The notes below the pieces were generated by a model. It saw nothing but the letters and a program-made list of their open reading frames with translations, was not told where the DNA came from and searched no databases. A stretch of DNA of 64,000 nucleotides from Tubiluchus corallicola (taxonomy: Eukaryota > Animalia > Priapulida): the NCBI GenBank assembly GCA_030141605.1, contig JAQGDQ010000253.1, positions 80,911-144,910 on the forward strand, in the 5' to 3' direction. The position numbers and the translations under genes are program-made. Positions within the stretch are counted from its first letter, which is position 1; each line of letters opens with the position of its first letter. This document shows, one piece after another, positions 1-10,932 of the stretch.

Positions 1-850
1 TATTATATTATATGATAGCCATGCGATTTGAACAAGCAACTCTTCACCTTCAAAATAAAAAGAAAGAACTGTGATCAGAAAAACTAATATTTAAAACTCA
101 ACAATAAGACTTTTCTAAAAAAAATCATTGTTATTCAATTAAAAAAACACGCGAATAGTTAAAAAAGTGGACATTTGCACGAAATGACTTGCATCGTGGT
201 TTACTGATGTTCTCATATTTAGAATTTTAAAAGCGTAGTTATCATATTATAGACAAGATTTTAAAATGTAGGTTTTTGGTTTAGTTATGGTCTAGTTAGC
301 TAGCAGATAGAATGTAAGTCCAGTCTATTAGTTTGCAAATGCATCATTTTGCCAGTCTATCATTTTAGTAGCACGTCATTTCGTTAATACATTTTTGGGC
401 ATGCAAATTCATATAATAGAAGTAGTGTAAATAAAAATTTAGAGAGGGTTCACTTCGCCAGTGTACCATGTTTCGCTATCTATTATTTCCCCAATGCATG
501 GACACTGGAGAAACAAGGATTCAAAATTATCTTAGTCTGAAAAAAATAAACTCTATGGGATGCCTGATTTACTTAGCTTAAAAATCCGAATTGGGAGGCG
601 CTTGAAAATTAACGTAGAAATAAAATCAGGTAACCAGAAAATGTTTCCCTTTTCAAAAGCATCTACGTCTTATTTTGAATTATCGATCACCCACGTTGAT
701 TCTTTAAAATCTAAATCCAAAGCCAGTCAGGATTATCACAGTTAAAGAATAAAAAATGGTGCACAAATCTTGCTGTCATTTTTCAGCAAAAATGAGAAAT
801 GGGCATAATTACACATCTGCAGACAAAGCTGTTTCAAAACCAAACATTGG

Positions 851-864
851 TGGATTGATTGATG

Positions 865-962
<98 letters not shown>

Positions 963-1078
963 CTGACTGACTGACTGACTGACTGACTGACTGACTGACT
1001 GACTGACTGACTGACTGACTGACTGACTGACTGACTGACTGACTGACTGACTGACTGACTGACTGACTCACTGACTGA

Positions 1079-1126
<48 letters not shown>

Positions 1127-1420
1127 TTGGTTGGTTGGTTGGTTGGTTGGTTGGTTGGTTGGTTGGTTGGTTGGTTGGTTGGTTGGTTGGTTGGTTGGTT
1201 GGTTGGTTGGTTGGTTGGTGGGTGGGTGGGTGGGTTTGGGTGGTTTGGTCTTTGACTGGATGGATGGATGGATGGATGGATGGATGGATGGATGGATGGA
1301 TGGATGGATGGATGGATGGATGGATGGATGGATGGATGGATGGATGGATGGATGGATGGATGGATGGATGGATGGATGGATGGTTTGATTAATTAACTGA
1401 TTGATTGATTGGTTGGTTGA
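851..1420. repeat. Compound tetranucleotide microsatellite (GATT)n-(GACT)n-(GGCT)n-(GGTT)n-(GGGT)n-(GGAT)n
   Basis: Directly visible; explains the ORFs 742..1071, 1131..1388 and 1135..1392. Confidence 0.97.
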
Positions 1421-1613
1421 TTTACTTTATTTCAAACAATTTTGTCTATATCGTTACAAATAAAATACACACAATTTTACAACCAATTGAGGCAAGCAAT
1501 TTGTTTATAACTGTACATTGTACACAAGAACCCATCAATACATATGGTACCTATATTTGCCTAAAAATTTATGTTGTTCTCTTGATTTTTTATTTACTTT
1601 ATATCCTTTACAG

Positions 1614-1714
1614 AAGTCGTGGAGATGATTTCAGAAATTCGAGAAGTTTTTATACAGACAAAGGAGGTGATGCACGTTTGCTGTCGGCTAATAATGCACC
1701 GTATTCAATTCGTG
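1614..1714 (+). CDS. ZP-N domain protein, internal exon (upstream exon(s) not found, probably outside window)
   Basis: Acceptor tttatatcctttacag|, donor |gtgagc; reads SRGDDFRNSRSFYTDKGGDARLLSANNAPYSIR and ends in phase 1, matching the next exon. Confidence 0.65.
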
Positions 1715-2363
1715 GTGAGCATAATTTCATAGAGAACTGAAATGCTTTTATCGTAAAAACAAAATGGCCGCAAGTGTTTTTACTTTCCCTAGAGATTGTG
1801 TCACGTTTCTACTGTGCATTCACAACAGATTTTATAATCACATTGTACTCTTTTTCCTATGCCTCTTTTTAATAAACTAAAGTTCAATGGAATCACAAAA
1901 ACATTACATTTGTTCTAATTTTGTAAGAAGTTGCACAGACCCATACAGTTTGAAAAACCGAGCTTGAAAAAGGTTACAGTTTGAAGAAAGTATTCATTAC
2001 GACTGATATTTTCTACAGTGGTTGTCAGATGCCTCAGAATGAAACTGTTAACACGCCAATGTCCACCTGTAACGTATTACAGTTTTTTTTGTTAATGGTG
2101 GTGTCTCAGTTGACTTGGCAGCGTTTCTGTTGGAGAAGCGCAGAAAAACTTGGCAGCCATTTTGAATACTGTCAAAATGGCGGTTGTAATGAATTTCCTC
2201 TTCAAATTTTAACATTTATCATGTTTGGTTCTTCAAATTCTGTAGGTTTGTGAAATTTCGTAGCAAGTGATACAATTTTCCCAAAATTAGAACAAATGTA
2301 ATGATTATATCAATAAATTTCACGATTCCGATGGAGTAATAGCTGCTGTCTCTCTTTTTTTAG

Positions 2364-2602
2364 TTCTTGTAGCAAAATGTTTCTTATACTGCGACAAATT
2401 ACGAGTCTCACTGAAGTTTCACAACAATTTCTATGGGACAGTTTCCACTGATGCTGATAGTTTAAACGAGCAGGAACCATATAGTGGAGCACCCAGTCGA
2501 TATGCTGGCCGTCCAAGGTGCTCAACCCATGGAACCGGCAGGAAGTACCTAAATATGATCATACCTTTTCACGGTTGTGGCACCAAAAGTCGACGAGATC
2601 GC
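2364..2602 (+). CDS. ZP-N domain protein, exon
   Basis: Acceptor ctctttttttag|, donor |gtaagt; VLVAKCFLYCDKLRVSLKFHNNFYGTV...RCSTHGTGRKYLNMIIPFHGCGTKSRRDR matches the ZP-N pattern (C..D.L.V.L.F...F.G.V, C...G.G, IP...CGT) of cuticlin/dusky-like proteins. Confidence 0.85.
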
Positions 2603-3145
2603 GTAAGTTGTTAATTATTATAAAGCAGATAACTGTTAAATAAAGTACTGCAGACTATTTTCAAATAGGAAAACAGACAAACATTTAAATAAACGAACCT
2701 GGAACAAAAGGCATTCGTTTTTGAGTAAAACAAAGCAAATTATATTGTAACAAGTTTTAATTAAAACATGCAAATACAAGAGTTGCATCACCAAATAAAG
2801 CTAGAAACCCCCCGACAGGTGAAACTGCTCTTTTCCTAGGAAGTGACTGCACCAGTTGCAGACTGTTCAAGCTGGAGGATAATTGATTCCGTCTGGGTCA
2901 GGGTAGAAACAAGAAACTTGAAAACTCTACTTGCATCTGTTTATCCACCAGCATATTTTTGAACTGGATTGGACTCGATGGATGGACTGGACTAGAACGG
3001 ATCACTGAGTGGGCTTGTCTGAACTAGACTGGACCGGACTTTAAACCAATAAAATGAATCAAGCCATGAAGTAAATATTAGTTTGTGTCTTGACTTTAGC
3101 GTTTGAAACACTCTGTTAATAAAATGTATGTTGTTTATTTTTTAG

Positions 3146-3247
3146 AATATGATCGTTTTTGAAAACGTCATATTTGTAGAAGGATCGGACGTCAAGTTGG
3201 TTGTGACATGTAGGAAACCTATAAACTTATACAGGCGCGTGTCTTGA
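3146..3247 (+). CDS. ZP-N domain protein, terminal exon
   Basis: Acceptor gtttatttttttag|, phase 0; NMIVFENVIFVEGSDVKLVVTCRKPINLYRRVS* supplies the F.N.I.V strand and last Cys of ZP-N, then TGA at 3245-3247. Confidence 0.8.
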   Translation, partial: NMIVFENVIFVEGSDVKLVVTCRKPINLYRRVS

Positions 3248-3273
3248 AGAAGAAGGATGCAAAAAGGATACTA

Positions 3274-3621
3274 AACCTTGGACCTTAGACCTTAGTCCTT
3301 CCCGTGCACGGATGCACATTGGGCAGACAGCATTTTCCACTGGGTTCTATCGGCGGCTTCTCTTTCGATGTTCTCTCAACGTCTGTTCATAGCCGGAAGG
3401 TCTTCTTTGAAAGATCTGCGCCACGTTGTTTTTGGCCGACCTCTTTTCCCTTTTCCAACAGGTGGTTCCCTATTTTGTAGTGACGTTGTTCTGGTAGGCG
3501 GAGAATATGTCCAGCCAATCTCAGCCTTCTCTCTGCTACTATTTCCTGCAACCGCCTTGACTGCGCCTGCTGTAGCACTTCCACATTGGTAACATGGTCG
3601 CGATATTAGATACTAGAGTAT
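3274..3621 (-). mobile_element. 5'-truncated RTE-clade LINE 3' end
   Basis: Minus strand reads RDHVTNVEVL...RRLRLAGHILRLPEQR...GKRGRPKTTWRR; short tandem tail (CTAAGGT-like); 11-bp TSD AAAGGATACTA at 3263-3273 and 3622-3632. Confidence 0.9.
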
Positions 3622-3962
3622 AAAGGATACTATCGTGATAATTTTATTGATATCTACTTTCTTTGTGGAGTTTATACCGCAATTTCACCATATAATGCGG
3701 AGAGTATTTTGTACTATATATTTATAAATGGCGTACTTGTTCATAGTAATTACAAATTAATTACACTCCATATTTATTATTTTTGTTATGCTACTGTAAT
3801 TATAAGTGTACTGATTTTTTTACCATAAAATAAATACGGAAATTCTAATTCTTACTATATATGGAAATAGTTTCTGTCTTTCATTATTTAAATACAATAC
3901 AGAGAGGTACAGAGAGAGGTATTCATTTTTATTTTTAAATCAACACATGTAGAAATGGGCGG

Positions 3963-4468
3963 CAGGGCCTATTTCAAGGGGGGAAAGTGGGGATACTTCC
4001 CCGGGGCCTCACCCTCCAGGGAGCCTCGCGCCGAGGTAACATTTTTTTGCTTTATGCGAACATACTGCCTCTTCTCTCCCTCTCCCTCTCTTGCCGCACG
4101 AGCGCCGTTTGCCTTGTGCGGCTCGGTGCCGATGTCCAGCACTTTTCAATTTCGGAATTTCTAACACCGGCTTGTACGGAAGTGAGAGTACGGTATTACA
4201 TATTGCAAAGATGTTGTTTTTGATTTGACGATTTGACAAGTATTAAAGACTGGTCTTGAGAATAAAGCAGTTTTTCTTTCAATTGTTCTTTCCTTTAACA
4301 ACTGTATAACTCCATATTTTCTCTTCGAAAATGCTTCTCCGGCGTCCTAGCAGTTCAAAAATTTTCTGGGCGCCAACCATGGTGGCGCCCCCCCCCCCCC
4401 CGAGAGGGCCTCACCCCCACCCCCCACCCCCACTTCCCCGAACCTCGCTTAGGCTGAAATAGGCCCTG
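3963..4468. mobile_element. Non-autonomous hAT element (MITE)
   Basis: Perfect 14-bp TIR CAGGGCCTATTTCA / TGAAATAGGCCCTG; perfect 8-bp TSD ATGGGCGG (3955-3962, 4469-4476). Confidence 0.93.
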
Positions 4469-5080
4469 ATGGGCGGTACATAACCTTCTGCACGAAAACA
4501 ACGAGCTACAATCAAAGTGTTACTGAAACAGTAGAGAATCAGTCGCGCCCTCAATATTTTATATTTGAACACCATTTGAACACACAATATTAGACAAATA
4601 CGCACTAATAAAAAATACGGCAACAATTCTATCACTAAATAAGAAGTTCAACTTCGGAATACCCTGCCATCAAATTTAAAACAAATCAAGTCTTTCGACG
4701 AATTCAAATCAAAATTAAAAATACATACATTAAATCGTTTTGAAAACCCAACATACGTAAACGATAATATATATATTCATCCACAAATTTTATTTACCCA
4801 CGTCCATTTTAAATTATATGTATATATTGTATATAGTCGATTATAAATTTGCGTGTAATATTATAATGTATATTTTGTTTTAAATTTTTGGCACAGTAGT
4901 TCCTAGTTTGCACTGGACGCATTTGCCAATATCAGCTCTTTATCAATATTCAGGTCTAAATTAAAAAAAACATTTAATGACTCGTTTTGAATATCCCGAC
5001 ATACGAACACGATGATACTTACTCAAATCATAATTTCATTTTTCCTAGACCTTACCAAACTAGTTTATATTTTATTTTTG

Positions 5081-5436
<356 letters not shown>

Positions 5437-6580
5437 CAGTATTTTTATAAGTAATGCACTTCTGACTTGTAACAGCTCTTGTAACAGTACGAGATTTACT
5501 AAAGAAAAATTGCATAATATAAATGAAAGTGAATAGCAAGTAATACTGAAGCAATTAATTTTTACTGACCTACATACACATAATACTATTCCAAATAATT
5601 CCTTGAGGGCTCTAAATAATTCCTATGCTTGTAGTCGTGCAATATTCATCTGTACCAATATAATAGATGATTAATCGTTTCAGTGATTTTCAATGGCGTA
5701 ACGCAATTTTTTATTCACATCACGTCCTATTGCTAAACGAGCACCATTTTTAACAATCTTTATGACAATGGTATTTACTTATAGTTTTCAACTTTGGCTT
5801 AGATCTGAACCACATGTTCTGGGTACTGCGTTTTGGAGCTGATAAAATGGGTTGTCTATTATCCTTGCGATTTTAGATTACGGAAATGCGAAAAACTTTC
5901 TCCCGGAATTATTGTTTTCAGCACTGACTGTAGTAGCAGCGCTTTCATATAGGTTGTGTTAAGGTCAGTTTCTGGCCTTAACATGTAGGTGGCAGCACCT
6001 ATGTGAACTTATCTGTAATTTTACCTGTGAAGTTGTAAATTAGGTCGAGCCTCACTAAACACGCTCACAGAAGCCTCACTAAACGTTAAATAATGTTTAG
6101 ATAATTTTTCAAGTAATTATTTGTAGCGTCTCTACCTGATTTGCTGTAAACCTGTATGACGTTCCAAGAATGTATTAAGTTGTTATAGCCGCACGATGCG
6201 AGTAATATTTACTTTATTATCTTAAATTATAATAATTAGATTATTATACATTTGTAAGCAGTGAAAAGCAGTCAAATTTATTATTTTTATTTTTTTATAT
6301 ATACAGAAATAAAGATTTCTGAGAACACCATATGCTATGAAGGAAATTCTTTTGTGTTCCTGTCACAGGTTGTGTCGGGAAGAAATCATTAAAAAATGCG
6401 GTTGTTGAATGAATTATCTACAGGTGCTGATTATTTTAGCATCAGTTTGAATAACACCAATGTAAGATAATGATTTCACTTTAGTTACTTAACAAAAGTA
6501 TGACTCTTATTTAGACACCTTGTTAAAAGTTTACACGTGGGCTTGTGTTCCCTGATATGCACAGAACACCTAAGTGATCT

Positions 6581-7071
6581 TCTTCTTCTTCTTCTTCTTC
6601 TTCTTCCCAGCTTTTCCCTGTGCGTTGTGAATGAGTCTTCTCCACGCATTCGTGTTGTTGACCTTCTCTTCGTTTATGTCTTCCCTTCCCACATGATCTT
6701 CACCGACTCTTCTTTTCAGTTGTTCATACCATCGCAATCTTGCGAGGCTTCCACTGCTTTTACTGTTCCTCTGATATTATTATTTCTAATTTTATCTCTT
6801 CTTGTTATTCCCACCATCCATCTCAACATCCTCATCTCGACCACACCCATTTTCTACTCTTCGGTCTTCTTTAGAGAAGCTGCTTCGAGCCCATTGATTA
6901 GAGCGGGTCTGACAACTTCTTTACGGACTTTACCTTTAAGTCTCCCCGACTCATTCATAGAAGGTTTTGGCGCAGTTTTTACAGGCGGATGCCCTTCCTG
7001 ACCCTAACCCTCCCTATTTATCCGGGCTTGGGACCGGGACTAAGTTGGGCTGGCTTGCCCCCCCCCCCCAG
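6581..7071 (-). mobile_element. Internally deleted (bipartite) RTE retroposon
   Basis: 18-bp TSD AGAACACCTAAGTGATCT (6563-6580, 7072-7089); (AAG)n tail; decayed KGKVRKEVVRPALINGLE...EMRMLRWMVGITRRDKIRN; 5' part GGTCCCAAGCCCGGATAAA...GGAAGGGCATCCG resembles an RTE 5'UTR. Confidence 0.85.
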
Positions 7072-7610
7072 AGAACACCTAAGTGATCTAACATACTGAA
7101 AATACTCATATACTGAAATCATATAAAACACATTACAAGAAACTACTTTAAATCTAGTTATTTATTCACGAAATTGTACAGATACGAAAACTAAAAAAAT
7201 GTATAATTAAAAAATTATACAAAACACCACGTAAAAAGCTAAAACATATAGACCGGCCTATATAGACAATCATTATAAAAATGTCTTTGATAAAAATGTA
7301 AATGCACAAAAACAATAAGCAATACAATTGAAATATTGCCAGTCAATTCTCCCCCACCCCAAAAAACAACCATGTAATTGAACCAGTAAATTTCTTTAAT
7401 ATGATAGTATTACTACTTGAACAGTATTTCACGCGTTTTGGTGATTTTGCACCAGAATGAATTTAACTTAATTCAAACAGGTGAGATGTGGCTAGAATAA
7501 CAGCTGATACTGGCTAGAATGTATGATGTTGTAGATTTTCCCGTCAAAGTCCAACCTTTTTTCCATGATGCTGTATTCATAACCAGTGCAATTTCGAAAC
7601 TGTTTTGCAA

Positions 7611-7760
7611 TTATTCATCTTCATACGACTCGTCTTCATCTTCAAGTTCGCTCAAGTCTCGGTAGATTCTACGTCCCCTAGTGGCCACGCCCCGGCGACC
7701 AGCGACAACTGTTCTGGATGCCGCTCCCCGGGGACCAGCAACAACTGTTCTGCGACCAGC
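7611..7760 (-). CDS. Secreted cationic peptide precursor (putative antimicrobial peptide), exon 3
   Basis: Acceptor ttttcatttttag|, phase 0; AGRRTVVAGPRGAASRTVVAGRRGVATRGRRIYRDLSELEDEDESYEDE*; locally GC-rich; ATTAAA (~7397) and AATAAA (~7163) downstream on the minus strand. Confidence 0.85.
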   Translation of the reverse strand, partial: AGRRTVVAGPRGAASRTVVAGRRGVATRGRRIYRDLSELEDEDESYEDE

Positions 7761-8004
7761 CTAAAAATGAAAATGAAAATCAAATGTGTTTTCTGTTGTA
7801 TGCTGTTCCTCTTCTGAAAATAAAGATCTATTCTAGTACATCATCACCCGTCATCGGAAACTACCAAAATAAAGTCACAAAATGCCAAAAAATTGAAATC
7901 AGCACACCATTGCATCTTTTGTGCAAATCAATTGATTAAGTAACGCATTCCGTACAAATAACAGGGATTGTAAATAACATCTTTCAAATAAAAAATTATT
8001 ATCA

Positions 8005-8080
8005 TTGTTATTATTGTTGTTGTTGTTGCTGTTGTTGATGATGATGTTGTTGTTGTTGTTGTTGTTGCTGTTGTTGATGA

Positions 8081-8120
<40 letters not shown>

Positions 8121-8148
8121 ATTATTATTATTATTATTGTTATTATTA
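8005..8148. repeat. (TTG)n/(ATG)/(TTA)n microsatellite
   Basis: Directly visible, in intron 2 of the peptide gene. Confidence 0.95.
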
Positions 8149-8802
8149 ACGCATTATTATTTATTTGTTTGTTCTTTTAATTTTAATAAACCTTACAGGT
8201 AAATTAATAACGACAAAATAACAACAACCACGAGAAGAAGATACCTTCGACTGGCATAGAAAGAATATGATCAACTGATATTTTAATGCGTTGAACTAAT
8301 ATTTCGTTATTCGGTATATTAACCACTGCCTTTGTATGCGCAGCTTAGTTTCTCTTCTCAATCTCAGTATTTGCCATTTTGTAGCTTTCATCCCATTTAA
8401 CCCTATTGTTTTCTATTACATTTGCAAGCGCTTTAGTTATTAGAAGACATGTACTTTCATACAACCAAGCTTTTTGTTACGGATCATCGTGGGAGCATTA
8501 ACAAATATGTCTGAACGTCCATTAACGCATGTATTCACTCATTCAATTTCGCCTCACTCATTCCTTAGTTTGTTGATTAATCTATTCAACTTAACCGATA
8601 AGTTCAGTCATTCAATAGTTCCTATAATTCCTACTAACACGTCCGCTTACGATACCCGTATGACATTGCAGGCCTATACCTACTAGTCACCAAAAACGAG
8701 CACCAGTAACAAAATTGATGGAACTGAGACAGTAATCATTTGTAAATAATACAAGAAGACATTGCATGAAACCAGCTAAGCTCACAACTAAAAGGTACTT
8801 AC

Positions 8803-8834
8803 CACACGACGCGCTTCAGTCTCTTGTGTGCTCA
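8803..8834 (-). CDS. Secreted cationic peptide precursor, exon 2
   Basis: ttttttgtttcag| ... |gtaagt; phase 1 to 0; (L)STQETEARRV. Confidence 0.85.
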
Positions 8835-8880
8835 CTGAAACAAAAAATGTCATGCAAATTTATACTTTGTACAATATTAA

Positions 8881-9329
8881 CCCTTTCATACCCGTTGTAT
8901 CCCGTGGGATACGAGAATATTTTCTGCCTTTAAAATTAATAAAATTTTAAAACTGACAGTTATTTGATCTGTTAATAGTTGTTTTGATTTAAGCCAATAA
9001 CAATAGACTAAAATGGTGATAAAATGGCGAACTAGAAAATCTACATAGCATAAAAAACTGCGCAAGGTACAGTACTTTAGAGACGACTTTGTACAGATCA
9101 GCTTAGCGTGCATACTAAATGTCTTAAATACTTTAAAAAATTATCAGCAGTTGCAAAATAAAGCACATTTTGTGCTTCCATTGAATCCCAATGTATCCCG
9201 TTCGATACAGGCTATATTTAGCACGCGGGCACAGGCAGAAAAAAATTATTATGTGTAAACAATAATACTGAACAAAAGTACTAAGCCAAAAAATTTTTCT
9301 TATTAAAAAATAATTTCGGACTGAAAGAG
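8881..9329. mobile_element. piggyBac-type MITE, copy 1
   Basis: TTAA on both sides; termini CCCTTTCA...TGAAAGAG; closely similar second copy at 21801-22269. Confidence 0.88.
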
Positions 9330-9566
9330 TTAACAGACATTTTTTACGGAGGACTGATGCACGTCAAGTCTATTTATTCAATCAATGCTATTATTCAAAA
9401 GCATTACAAGTTTTACTATTAATTCAATAACTAAAATCACGTATAAAACCACAACTTGATATTGAAATTTAGGTAGTTTATTGTCTTTAGTTATCAGTGC
9501 ATATTATACAGCTATCAGAAATGTCCTATTAGCATAAATATGCATTACTATTAAAAATGTACTTAC

Positions 9567-9618
9567 ACACAAGGAATATAACAAGCAGAGCCACTGCAAT
9601 CACTCCTGATTTCTGCAT
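9567..9618 (-). CDS. Secreted cationic peptide precursor, exon 1 (signal peptide)
   Basis: atcATG start; MQKSGVIAVALLVIFLV + 1 nt; donor |gtaagt. Confidence 0.85.
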
Positions 9619-10849
9619 GATGAATAGACGAATGTACTATGAGCAGTGAAGAATTTCGTCGGTGGAAAGCAGATGTGATGTGATATTCACTCAGCGTTAA
9701 CTTCCTCTTTTAAATGCATTTGTTTTGACCCCTACCCTTATGTCACTGCCTAATAAAGAAGGGTCTTATGACCTAATTAATGCAGAAGGCTCTAATTGAT
9801 ACCTGTATGGTCTTATTAATAATTTCTCGTAGGCAAAACCATTAGGTATATAGCTAATATGGAACAAATATTGCCAAAATGGACAAGCATCTTGTGACCT
9901 AATTAATATAGTGTGTCAAATACTTTAGGTCTAATTGATACCAGTATTACTGTCTTGACTTATTATTAATTCTAGTGCAGGTCAGCCTAGGTAAAATATT
10001 ATGAATAATATCTAACACAACTATTAATATTATTATTATTCAGGTGTATTGTTTCACAATAATATATTAACAAAATAATTTTCAATATAAACAGAATTGG
10101 CGTGGCTTATTAGCAAAGGCCATTCAGTTTCGTAGGTAAGATACTACAATGGTTGCAAACTTTCTGAAATTTACAGCCTAAAGCTGGTTTCCGGTGCCAT
10201 CTTACTCCAACTTATTGGCGGCTACTGAGATTAATTCTTCTTGAATATAGACTTTATTAACTCTGGCTTATCAAATAAAACTATACTCTGACCTAAATAC
10301 GAAGATTCTGAATACTCTACAGTAATAATCATTCCCGGTCAGACGCACACACGCATGAAAATATTACGACAGTTGTAACTTATGATTATCTTCTGAATTA
10401 CACAATCAAGTTACAATATCAGTGTCACGTATAAATACCTGACTAGCATCTCAATATTGATTGCTATAGCGAATGGCCCAAAAAGTGTGTAGTTTAAATT
10501 CGTCATATCCACTTTCTATTACATTTTACAAAATTGTTTTTCACTGTCTATAAGTTTATTCACACTTGGGCTATTTCGTTTAAAGAAATGTAACCTGACG
10601 AGGACGAGATTTTCACCAATAATAAACTTTAAGGAATTACTAAATGTTAAATTACTCCACTGTAAGAATCATTTGGTGCTCTTTATGCGTTCTTGCTAAA
10701 TGATTTTAGATCATGCTGACCTGTTCAATTAGTTTTGCAGCTACCTTTGCCGGGTCAAAATGACAACAATGTTGCGCAGATTGTAAGACATTGACAAGAC
10801 TATACAACATCAATGGACAGATGTCAGTCTTTGTCCATGTGCAGACGGA

Positions 10850-10932
10850 CGGAGGGAAGGAGGGAGAAAGAGGAGAGAGAGAGAGAGCGAGAAAGAGAGA
10901 GAGGGAGAAAGAGAGGAGAGAGAAAGAGAAAG
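10850..10932. repeat. GA-rich low-complexity tract
   Basis: Directly visible. Confidence 0.85.

Noticed and set aside
560-629. Possible first exon of the ZP-N gene (CAG|GTAACC donor)
   Set aside because: Open frame ends in phase 1 but phase 2 is needed, the phase-2 frame has a stop, and there is no signal peptide.
742-1392. SQSV, VGWL and MDGW repeat ORFs
   Set aside because: Tetranucleotide microsatellite translations.
3955-3962. TSD ATGGGCGG identical to the loop region of the 38-bp minisatellite
   Set aside because: An 8-mer match is expected by chance in 64 kb.
6537-7001. 154-aa hydrophobic + strand ORF
   Set aside because: Antisense reading of the RTE fragment.
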